From positions 45,136,001-45,200,000 of the forward strand of contig NC_083282.1 in the NCBI RefSeq assembly GCF_963506605.1: a stretch of DNA of 64,000 bases. Reading direction: 5' to 3'. This DNA comes from Zootoca vivipara. Its lineage: Eukaryota. Below are positions 1-11,030 of the stretch, piece after piece (within the stretch, counting starts at the first letter, position 1; the number at the start of each line of letters is the position of its first letter). The notes under the pieces are model-generated. The model worked only from the letters and a program-made list of their open reading frames with translations. It had not been told where the DNA came from and searched no databases. The translations under genes and the position numbers were made by a program.

Positions 1-116
1 GCAGAGTTTGGACTTCTTCATACAAGGCCTTGATTAGTGCCTTTTCAAGACTTACACGACTTGATGACTTTTCTTGTGAGAAAATAGGATCTGGTTTCTT
101 CTCTGAGGTGTTCAAG
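1..116 (+). CDS. TESK2: TESK2 coding exon, 5' truncated by window; kinase subdomain I
   Basis: Translates [38 protein letters not shown] (GxGxF loop); donor GTGAGT at 117. Confidence 0.96.
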
Positions 117-466
117 GTGAGTAGACTGACCTTAATTCTCCTCTTTCCCTATTTTTCATATAGTAATCAAGCAAATTATGAATGAATATTCTCTTGTTGT
201 TGGTCTTTTGACTGTGCTTTGCCTAAGATCACCGAGTAACAGGGACTTTAATTGCCTTGGAGTATTTAGCATCTATGAGTATTTCTGGGAAGCTTAAAGT
301 ACAGTGAGATGAGACACTTGGTTGGCAGCTGAGTAACGTATCTATACTAAATACATGAATACATTTTAATTTTTTAAGTTGGAAAACTTGCAGAAATGTG
401 TATTTTTTATTTAAATATCTAGCTCTATTTTTTAGACTGAAGCAAGGTGACTTGCAGGACCAAAAT

Positions 467-677
467 TAAAAGTCATGAAACTGTAAAAACAGGAGAGAGA
501 AAAGATGTTAAAAATAAAACCTCATCAGTTGGCAATCCAAAAGAACAACATATATTCTCCTTCAATATTTGGGATCAGAATGAATTGGCAGCTAAGCATA
601 AGCATAAGATCTTGCCCAATGAATCATGATCTTCAAGTCTTTTTCCTACCTCAAAGAATAGTTTAGTAATATCTTGT
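467..677 (+). repeat. 211-bp direct repeat, copy 1 (apparent long target-site duplication of the L1)
   Basis: Matches 2736-2946 with 5 substitutions by eye and no indels; starts at TT/AAAA. Confidence 0.9.
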
Positions 678-2735
678 AGACCCGCTACAAGACCCGGTAG
701 TTTCGGTACAGGAGACCCTAAAGGTGATAGAGGAGTTTGGTGAACTGGCAGGATTTAAGCTAAACAGAAACAAGACCAAAATGATGCTCAAAAATGTAAA
801 AAGTGAACAAATAGAGAAAATACATGGCCAAACAGGAATATCAGTGGTAAACAAAGTGAAATATTTGGCATATGGCTGACAGAAAGGAATGCAAACCTGT
901 ATAAAGACAACTACAAAACAGTATGGAAAGATTTGACAATTAAGATGGAGACGTGGAACCAACTAAAATTGTCCTGGTGGGGAAGCATAGCGGCAGTTAA
1001 AATGTCAATACTCCCTAAGATGTTATTTTTGTTTCAATCAATCCCGATCATTTCTGGGCAAAACCAATTTCAAGAGTGGCAAAGAACAATATCAAAATTT
1101 GTATGGGAGGGCAAGAAACCCAGAACAAAATTGAAAATCTTAACTGATAAAAAAGAAAGGGGAGGTCTTGCTCTGCTGGATCTTAGACTATACTACGACT
1201 CTGCTTGTATTGTTTGGCTAAAAGAGTGGTTTAAATTGGAAAACGGGGAAATATTAGATCTGGAAGGTTTTCAAAACCGTTTTGGTTGGCACGTGTATCT
1301 CTGGCAAGATAAGGTTAAGGCGCATAAGGACTTCCTGAACCACTGTATTAAAAAACCATTATATGAAGTATGGTCTAGACATAAAGAGTGGCTAGAACGG
1401 AAAACCCCAGGATGGCTGTCCATGCAAGAGGCCCTATCGGTTAAAAAACTAAATATGAAAACAAAATGGCTAACTTACAGAGATATTATAAAAGAACAAG
1501 ACAATGCCTTTTGTATGAAACCATATGAAGACCTTAAAGAGAACTTACAAGGTTGGTGGGAATATCAACAACTATATAGTGTTTTTACAAAGGACAGGAA
1601 AGTAAAAGGGTTTGAGAAAACAGAAACAATATTGGAAAAAACAGTATTGAAGAGTAATATAAAAACCCTGTCCAAAATATATGATTTCCTACTTGAATGG
1701 AACACGAAAGATGAGCTCACTAAAAACACTATGATTAAATGGGCAATCGATTTAGGCCACAACATTGACTTTGCGGATTGGTACAAACTATGGAACTCAG
1801 GAGTCAAATTTACAGCATGCACAATGCTAAAAGAAAATGCATATAAAATGATTTTCCGATGGTATATCACTCCAATTAAGTTATATAAAATGTACAAGTC
1901 TGGGGACAAAAAATGCTGGAAATGTGGCATCAAAGAAGGTGATTTCATTCACATGTGGTGGTTTTGTGACCGGGTAAAGAAATATTGGGAAGACATATAT
2001 AATGAAATAAAAAATATTTTGGGCTACACAATAAAAAAGAAACCGGAAGCCTTCCTCTTGGGAATGGTTGGAAAGGATGTACAGAAGTATGATGTTAAAG
2101 CGTTCTTGTACGCAACCACAGGTGCTAGAATAACCTTAGCACAAGTGTGGAAGCAAGATACAAGACTGGCGCAGGAGAATGATGGAGTATATGGGAATTG
2201 TGGAATTGACATCTAGACTGAGACAGCATGGTAGCGAGTTGTTTGAGAAAGAATGGAGAAAGGTTAAGATATATACGGATAAGTCAATTGGGTAATGAAA
2301 ATATTGACTAGCGAATACACCTCATAGTTGGAAATAAAAACTCTTTATTGGGTTAATTCCAGGAAAAGACAAAATACAATGTATATATAATAAAGAAAAT
2401 AAGGACATATATTTACAAATTAGAACATAGTACACAAAATATGAAAGGGACTACAGTATTGTAACAATGAAGAGTAACAAACTGCATAAAACTTAAAAAT
2501 TCCTTTAAAAAACAGCAAAAGGTAGTGTGGAAGTCCAATATTTGTTGTTGTCCTTTTTTCCTTTTTTTTTTGTATGTGTGTTCCCCCCCCCTTTTCCTCT
2601 CCTAAGCAGCTATGGACATGTTGGAAATTTATATATGTATATTATGTGAAAAAGTGATATAATATTGCGGAAATTGTAAAAATGGCTATTTTTTTTAAAT
2701 GTGGAAAATGAATAAAAATTATTGACAAAAAATAA
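678..2735 (+). mobile_element. 5'-truncated L1-clade LINE (ORF2 RT C-terminal half, CCHC domain, 3' UTR)
   Basis: LQDPVVSVQETLKVIEEFGELAGFKLNRNKTK at the 5' end; ORF 933-2216 with KMSILPKMLFLFQSIP, GGLALLDLRLYY and CWKC-x8-H-x4-C; frameshifts near 865 and near the ORF end; AATAAA at 2711 and A-rich tail. Confidence 0.92.
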
Positions 2736-2946
2736 TAAAAGTCATAAAACTGTAAAAACAGGAGAGAGAAAAGATGTTAAAATTAAAACCTCATCAGTTG
2801 GCAATCCAAAAGAACAACCTATATTCTCCTTCAATACTTGGGATCAGAATGAATTGGCAGCTAAGCATAAGCATAAGATCTTGCCCAATGAATCATGATC
2901 TTCAAGTCTTTTTCCTACCTCAAAGAATTGTTTAGTAATATCTTGT
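2736..2946 (+). repeat. 211-bp direct repeat, copy 2
   Basis: See 467-677. Confidence 0.9.
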
Positions 2947-3998
2947 TACTGGACCACTCCATGAGACAGACAATTCAAATTTCCCTTGCAAGTTTAAGTT
3001 GCAAGACAAAAACCGTACTTCCTGACCATATTACATTTTATAGACAAAACATTACAAGTCTGAGGAGATAAGACTGCCTCAGGAAATCAGCCAATCTTGC
3101 AACCTTCCCTTTTTACTGACTGGATTAGTTTCTCATGCACCTTTAGTTCTGGTCAATAAGAAGAATTGAACTGTGTCCCTTGCCACTTTTTAATTACAAG
3201 GATTAAGGCTGCAGGACCTTGGTCTATGGTATGAGTAACCCATTAATGTCACTGAACTCTTACTTTCTCACTCTCACTCTCACTCTTTCTCTTATCTTGT
3301 CCAATGGCATAGCAATACATATTACTTGGAGCAGATGTGGGAGTGGCATAAGCTAAGTTCTCTATCTACATGGTCCACTGTTAATTGAGGTGAAGAAGTT
3401 TAACAAGTTTTCTGCATGGCCGTTTTACCTACTCAAATTTTGATTTGCTGCAGACATTCTATATTTAATGTCTGAATACATTGTTCTAATTGCATTCCAG
3501 TTTGTGTTGAAGCTTTACATAGTATCTAGCTATTGTAAAAATTACTTCATAAAGCTAAAACCCTGGCCTAGGCTTGTGTACTATGCAGTCCTTGGTCATG
3601 CAAAATTGTGATGTTATGCTTCCTCTGGAGAAAAAAGAATAATCCTCAACTGGATTTTGCCCATATATAGAATTTATTGTGTACTCCAGTTATCTTGTTG
3701 CATTTAGTAATGACAATAATATTTAAAGCAAACTGCAGTTGAGGAGGTGTAAATAATATGGGTATTTGGGGAGAACTTACCGTAGAGGTTTCAGCTTCCA
3801 CAACAAAAGCCTTTAATGCTTGAGCTTAAGGAGAGCTGCCATATGCCCAGTTCCTTTTTCAAAGAAAAACAGAAATGTTCAGAACAAGCAATGCTTTTCC
3901 ATGTGTTTTTGATTCTGGATGTTCTGGGTCATACCCATGACAATGTAGGCCATCTGGGAAGTGCAGCTTGTGCTGAGCATGTTATTCAGCAACACATA

Positions 3999-5624
3999 CC
4001 GTGTTTCTCATATTTTAAGGCATCCCCAAAAAATAAGCCATGACAGGATTTCTAAGGGTTGGTGAAAAATAAGACATACCCCGAAAATAAGCCATGTCGT
4101 GTAGCCCCGACCGAGCGAGAGGCGAAGGCGCGGGACCCAGCAGGAGCTCCCTGCCTGCTTCCCCGAGCCGTCGCGTATCGGGGGACAGAGCCGAAGATCG
4201 GCGGGCGCTCCTTGCTGGGCTTGACAAGCCCGGGAAACAGCGCCCGCCGATCTTCGGACCTGTCCTGTGTGACAGGCGGGGGTGGGGGGGGAAGCGGAGA
4301 TCGTTCTCCGCTCTCCCCCCACCCCCGCCTGTCACCAAAGATCGGCGGGCGCTCCTTGCTGGGCTTGACAAGCCCGGCAAACAGCGCCCGCCAATCTTCG
4401 GACCTGTCCTGTGTGACAGGCGGGGGTGGGGGGGGAAGCGGAGATCGTTCTCCGCTCTCCCCCCACCCCCGCCTGTCACCGAAGATCGGCGGGCGCTGTT
4501 TGCTGGGCTTGACAAGCCCGGCAAACAGCGCCCGCCGATCTTCGGACCTGTCCTGTGTGACAGGCGGGGGGGGAAGCGGAGATCGTTCTCCGCTCTCCCC
4601 CCACCCCTGCCTGTCACCAAAGATCGGCGGGCGCTCCTTGCTGGGCTTGACAAGCCCGGCAAACAGCGCCCGCCGATCTTCGGACCTGTCCTGTGTGACA
4701 GGCGGGGGGGGGAAGCGGAGATCGTTCTCCGCTCTCCCCCCACCCCCGCCTGTCACCAAAGATCGGCGGGCGCTCCTTGCTGGGCTTGACAAGCCCGGCA
4801 AACAGCGCCCGCCGATCTTCGGACCTGTCCTGTGTGACAGGCGGGGGTGGGGGGGAAGCGGAGATCGTGCTCCGCTCTCCCCCCACCCCCGCCTGTCACC
4901 AAAGATCGGCGGGCGCTCCTTGCTGGGCTTGACAAGCCCGGCAAACAGCGCCCGCCGATCTTCGGACCTGTCCTGTGTGACAGGCGGGGGTGGGGGGGGA
5001 AGCGGAGATCGTTCTCCGCTCTCCCCCCACCCCCGCCTGTCACCAAAGATCGGCGGGCGCTCCTTGCTGGGCTTGACAAGCCCGGCAAACAGCGCCCGCC
5101 GATCTTCGGCCCTGTGCTGTGTGACAGGCGGGGGTGGGGGGGAAGCGGAGATCGTTCTCCGCTCTCCCCCCACCCCCGCCTGTCACCAACGATCGGCGGG
5201 CGCTCCTTGCTGGGCTTGACAAGCCCGGCAAACAGCGCCCGCCGATCTTCGGCCCTGTGCTGTGTGACAGGCGGGGGTGGGGGAGAAGCGGAGATCGTTC
5301 TCCGCTCTCCCCCCATCCCCGCCTGTCACCGAAGATCGGCGGGCGCTCCTAGCTGGGCTTGACAAGCCCGGCAAACAGCGCCCGCCGACCTGTGCTGTGT
5401 GACAGGCGGGGGTGGGGGGGAAGCGGAGATCGTTCTCCGCTCTCCGCCCACCCCCGCCTGTCACCGAAGATCGGCGGGCGCTGTTTGCCGGGCTTGACAA
5501 GCCCGGCAAACAGCGCCCGCGTGCACTTTATTAAAAAATAAGACATCCCTCAAAAATAAGCCATGTCGTGTTTTTTTGAAGAAAAAATTAATATAAGACA
5601 TGACTTATAATATGAGAAACACGG
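3999..5624. mobile_element. Non-autonomous Tc1/mariner-superfamily (Tc2/pogo-like) element carrying an internal tandem array
   Basis: TA|CCGTGTTTCTCATATT ... AATATGAGAAACACGG|TA (16-bp perfect TIR, TA duplication); repeated subterminal AAAATAAGMCAT motifs at both ends. Confidence 0.88.
4191..5520. repeat. GC/CpG-rich minisatellite, ~143-bp unit x 9.5, each unit made of two palindromes
   Basis: Unit starts at 4191, 4335, 4479, 4617, 4756, 4899, 5043, 5186, 5329, 5464 (periods 135-144). Confidence 0.97.
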
Positions 5625-6542
5625 TACTTCTATGGGAGGCTGCTTCTGCCTTCAGGTCTGTTTCAATGTCTTTTTTTGTTAAAATAAACCATGCTAGGAA
5701 TTCATAACGCAGATACATGACTGCATACATTTGCCAGGTCTTAGCACTAATCTTCCCACCTCCCTGTGTGTCTGGAAAAGCACACTTGTGCATGTTGGGG
5801 AAAGAAAATGCTGCTTTTCAGCAGCAGCTGCTCATGTCTTATATGTGAGTTGGTGTTCCAGAGTGTCCTCCAGTCCTGAAAGGTTTTGAGGGAGGTGGGA
5901 ATGGGAGCAGAAAATCACCTGAGTTCAAGAATACTGTATATGTCATTTTCGATCTCTGCTGTTGCATTTTGCATTTGTTTTACTTCATTTATTGGTCAAA
6001 GGAATTGCTACCAATATCTCAGAAGAGAACCACATTATCTTCAGAGTTTTCATTGTTTAATGAAGGTCTGAACTGCTTCTACATCTTAGAGCTATTTTTT
6101 TTCTTTTTAAAAAATTGCCAAATCATCCATTTGAATAGGAACTTCCACTTATGACCTATTCCAATCCACTGAAGAACAAAAACAACATATTTGAACATTG
6201 CCTACTTGCTCAAAATAACTGAGGAAAGAGTTACTAGAACAGGAGTAGATAACTTGTGGCCTTCCACGTGTTGTTGGACCTGAACTCTCAACAGCTGCAG
6301 CTGGCATAACCAGTTGTGGGTGGTGGGAGATGTTATGCAGGGTTTGAATAGTGGTGCAGTTTCCACTCCTTTTAAAATCTTCTTTATTGGGTCTTTTCTT
6401 TCATATATTAATTATGTATTTTCCTTATGTATTCTGCCCTGACAGTTCATGGAGAAGAGTCATTGTTTGAGCAGCCTAGTTTTGGATTTTAGTGTAGTCT
6501 ACTCTGAAACAGTAGACTTTATACATTTCTTGTCCAGTCATA

Positions 6543-6776
6543 CCCTGTTTCTCCAAAAATAAGATGAAGCCGTAAAATAAGACGTAGCAGGATTTTTAAG
6601 CATTCAAGGAATATAAGCCATACCCCGAAAATAAGACATAGTGATAGGCACAGCAGCAATGCCGGCCATAGCAGGAGGAGGAGAAAAATAAGACATCCCC
6701 TGAAAATAAGCCATAGTGGGGGGTTTTTTGAGGAAAAATAAATATAAGATGGTGTCTTATTTTTGGAGAAACACGG
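6543..6776. mobile_element. Short MITE related to 3999-5624, without the array
   Basis: TA|CCCTGTTTCTCCAAAAATAAGA ... TCTTATTTTTGGAGAAACACGG|TA; same AAAATAAGACAT/GCCAT subterminal motifs. Confidence 0.85.
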
Positions 6777-7028
6777 TATATGTGGTGTGTGTGTGTGTGT
6801 GTTTAGATTAACTTTGGGAAGCACTTGTAGATTTTCTGATTTTCATGAACTACCGTTTGGTCTTCTGTGCATGAGAATGGGGGAGGGGGAACACTGAATT
6901 AATAACTGAGATAGCCAAAGATGAGGTGGGGGAAGAAATATGGGAACAAATTAAAATAAATGACAAAGCAGCGACTGCTGAATTACTACTGCATGGTGTA
7001 CAGCATAATATGCACATTACATAATATG

Positions 7029-7575
7029 CACGTTGCTGTAGCTCAGTCTGTTAAATGGAGCCTCAGAGTCCCCCTTCAGACTCCCCTCACCTTCAGAGTC
7101 CCCTTGTTTTATATCCCGGCCCCTCCTCCCCCCCACCTCCTGGCTCATCCCTGTGATTGCCCCCACCCTGTCCTGACCCATGACCTATCCTGCCCCCTCC
7201 TCCCCCCATCCCCCACCCAGGCGAGCCCCCACCTCCACTCGGCCCAGTCTGGAAAGCCAAGCCAAGATGGTGTGGAGATTGAACTTTTCCTAGGTGCAGT
7301 ACCAGTGTAGTCGTCACTAGAGGGCGCTATTTTGCATCCTCTCCTATGCTCCCAACATGCAGTTTTGTCTGATTTGTGAGTTCTGGAACACGTGGTTTTG
7401 GGGGTTTTACGTTGCACAGGTCTGACATCTGTCTTTGAAAACGGTATGGGCTTGCTCTAGTAGTCACATTTGACTTCGTGCCCAAATTTGAACGCAAACG
7501 GTCAAGCGGTTTCCTTGAACATTGGAGACGAACACACATGCCCAGTTTATATTTTTATATATTATATATATAGAT
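7029..7575 (+). mobile_element. Possible non-autonomous Helitron/Helentron (HINE/DINE-1-like) element
   Basis: 5' CACGTTGCTGTAGCTCAGTCTG, subterminal CCAAATTTGAACGCAAACGGTCAAGCGGTTT and 3' TTTTATATATTATATATATAGAT resemble HINE-type ends as I recall them. Confidence 0.45.
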
Positions 7576-8913
7576 GAAGTAACTGCCTTAAAGAAAAGCG
7601 TCTTCCTGCAATCAAAGTGAAGAACACTATACATGTATTATTTAGGAAATGTGGTGCAAGTTTAAAATGACTGGAAAAATGCCAAGTATTTTCTTATACA
7701 ATGTGATTTTAAGAAGAAAAGGCACTATTTTAAAAACTTGGAATGCAGTGAGACTTAATGGGGTAAAATTATTATTTGAACTCAGCCTAATAATTGTGAA
7801 ATCTATTGTGTTTGCTATTCTCCACGTTTTGCTTACATTCTAAAAAGCAGAGTGGGTAGTACTGTAATTTGTATATGTACATGTTATGTTTTGGATAAGA
7901 GTTGCTAATACAGTATGGGAAGAAGAGGTTGACAGTTGGAATATGAGGTTTGCTGATGTAAACATCCTGCAGCCACGGTTTGTTCCTTTTTGCTTGTGCA
8001 AGTTCATGTGAATTGGTTCCAGAATTTGAAGAGAAGAGTTTTCCTCTTAAATCTAACTGAAAGGTACAGTCTTCTGAGGACTATTTGGGTGTGTGCGTGT
8101 GTGCGTGCGTGCTTTCTGTTTTCCTTTTCAGACATTTTTTATTTTTAAAAAGAAAGTTATTTCCCCTTTTGTTGCTGTGGAAACCTCTGTTGGTGTGATT
8201 TACAAGTTATGCACTTATCTTTAGTTATAAAAGTATTTATATACCTCCTTCTCATAAATCATCAGGTCCAGCAACATAAAAACATTTAAAAGCAAACAAA
8301 GCAATCCTTTAAATGACTGGCAACTCAAGGAACATTTTATCTTTTTATCCTTATTGACTTGTCTAAGTGTAAATCTTCTAAATCAATTCAGTTTAGTGTT
8401 AAAAAAATGAGCAAGTGCTTAATTGTGGCTTTTGTGACCATAATAGAGATGCTTTACTGTGGTCACCAGGATAAATTACTTTAATAAGCATTGATCTTGG
8501 GAATTCCCTGAGGGGAATGGCTCCATAACTGCATGTTTATGTTGTGTACCATCAATTACAGTTAAATGTCTTATTTTACCACTTAAAAACCACTGGAAAA
8601 TGAAATTAAATATTTAGTAGGCTTCCAATTGAAATTCCTTCTCTAATAATGCAGCTTGTAAGTTTCCTAGTTCAATGCATCAGTTCAGTTATGTGTCATG
8701 CTTCACAGCAGAGTTTGTGGAAACAAAATATGCTAATACTGTGAAAAAGGAAGAAATTTTAGTAGCCTGGTATACACACTGTCCAACATAATTTCTATCT
8801 AGCTGCATTCGTAGTTTTGTGAGCAGAAGCTCGCTAAGCTAGTACAGTACAAATTTGCCCAACCTTTTCCTGAGAGGTCTACAGCCTTCAAAGGTCTTCA
8901 ACCTTTAAAAACT

Positions 8914-9062
8914 AAATTAAAAAATTCCTTCCAGTAGCACCTTAGAGATCAACTAAGTTTGTCATTGATATGAGCACACAAAAGCTAAGGTGCAACTGGA
9001 AGGAATTTTTTTATTTTGTTTCGACTACGGCAGACCAACACGGCTACCTACCTGTAACTAGG
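8914..9062. mobile_element. Penelope-like fold-back insertion, copy 1
   Basis: Inverted arms TTCCTTCCAGTAGCACCTTAG / CTAAGGTGCAACTGGAAGGAA, shared tail GGCAGACCAACACGGCTACCTACCTGTAACTAG; flanking TTTAAAAACT at 8904-8913 and 9063-9072. Confidence 0.75.
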
Positions 9063-10247
9063 TTTAAAAACTTTCTGTGAAGGGTTTTCCCTTGCCATAT
9101 CTTGTGGGCTGTTCCAAGGCTCATTCTGACTGTGTGATTTTGCCTTTATGCCCAACCCCTGGTAACATAACCCTTATGTAAGTTGCAATTGCCCTGTAAT
9201 ACTTAATGCACAGCAATAGGCATTTGTAACCAGCTACCCCTACCACTAGTTTGTGCAGCTCAAATACTTTCCTCTTTTTAATTCTTGTGAAGAAAAACTC
9301 CTGTGAAGTTTTTGTATTCTTTAGGCTGGAGAGATGTAAAGTAGCTCAAAGACAGTTTTTGTCTTTAATACTGTATTTTTCTTTTGGGTTTCCTTGGCAT
9401 CCTCTCTTTACATGTCAGTCTGATGGGGTGTCTTTTTTATATTTATCCTTTCAATATGTCTGGGATATAACTAAGAGGAAAGGGTTCTAAATTGGAGGTG
9501 AATATTCCTTCCTTGCTCATCTGATTACCTAGTGTAAACAAGAATTCTCAAATTGCTTAACTATGAGATATACTAAAAGGATTGTAAATTGAATTTCCTT
9601 TTTTTAATAACCAACATATAAATGGTTTCTGCTTTAGAGACCAATATTTTTCTCCTGTTTTCTGAAAAGAACAAAAGTTGTTGATATAATGCTTATTTGT
9701 TTTTTCTAGTTTCTGCAGATGTGTTTGGCAGGAGCTATTTTATATATTGATGAACTTTTGAAGGAGTGAGGGTACTCTGTGTGCTGTTTTTTCTCCTCAG
9801 CATTTCACTTGACAGTGCTGTTATTTGTTGAAATAACCCAGAAACATTGAGGGGAAAGTGAACACTGTGCAAATTAATCCGAAGTCAATAACTTAAATTC
9901 CTTTCTTTTCCCATGATTGCAGAACATAGGGATTATATTCAGCATTTTATATGTGATATGTCTTAACAAATACTGACAGATGTATTTCTAATATAAAAGC
10001 ATGCTCTTTTCTGTACATGTTATAGAAAGCATTTACATTTATCACAAAGTTAAAAGCAGAGATCCCCCCACCCCACTCTCCAGGCAGCCCAGTATCAACG
10101 TACTGATTTCTTCTCAAGAAGTCATTTCACAAATACTGTAATGCTATTGCTAATATGCATGTGCTTTTCATTAGTCTACTCCAGCACTAGTTGCCAGTAT
10201 CCTACTGATGAATGACTTGCACTCCATCTTCAGATTTGGGGGGGGGG

Positions 10248-11030
10248 TATTTTATTTTATTTTATTTTATTTTATTATGTACAGTCCTTTCAACAGAAGA
10301 CTTTACATCCAAAATAAACCAGAATACAAGGAAAAACATGACTCACATATTTTCATTTTTACCAAATTCTTCTCATATTCCCTTGTTTTTCTGTTCTTTA
10401 ATGTTAGTCTTCTTCTTTTAACTCCTTGTTCTTAGCCTTTTAAATCACCTATGTATCCTTAACAATTTTCCAAATATTCCCCCATGCCTCCCTCCCCCGA
10501 CCCATTGCTTCCCTTCACTCATGTGCGATCTTCTGTACATACCTAATGCTTGTTTCTCGTTGTGTTAATTAAAGTTGTATTTATTGTTTCGTATATATTA
10601 TGATATCATATTGTATCCTTGCGCACTTTAGCTATTGCATATTAAATTTGAGCTCCAATTCCAGTTCTTTCCATATATTCATTTACGCACTCCCACTCTT
10701 TGTAAAAAAAAATTATTAGAACAGCCTCTAATTGTTGCCGTTAATTTTGCCATCTCAGCAAATTCACAAAATTTAGGTCGCCATTCTGATAGTTCTGGTA
10801 TTTTTTCTGTTTTCCAATTTTTTGCCACTAGTAATATAGCCGCTGTTGTTGCGTATAGGAATACATTCCTTTTGTCCTTGGGGTTGTCACTGGATATCAA
10901 GCCCAGCAAATATGCTTCTGGCTTTTTAGAGATTGAACTCTTAAATATCTTTTTAAGCTCTTCATATACCACTATTCAAAATTGTTAACCACCTTGCACC
11001 CCCACCACATGTGATACATTTTCCTACCTC
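10248..11030 (-). mobile_element. L1-clade LINE 3' fragment
   Basis: ORF 10679-10972(-) KKPEAYLLG..FLYATTAA is homologous to the C-terminus of the 933-2216 ORF; HMWWGC remnant; (TATTT)n tail at the left end. Confidence 0.8.

Noticed and set aside
4191-5520. CRISPR-like array of palindromic repeats
   Set aside because: There are no unique spacers: the whole unit repeats. No cas genes are present and the context is a vertebrate intron.
4008-5546. Many long overlapping ORFs (up to 386 aa) on both strands
   Set aside because: They result from a GC-rich, stop-poor tandem repeat. The peptides are repetitive and frames shift with homopolymer length.
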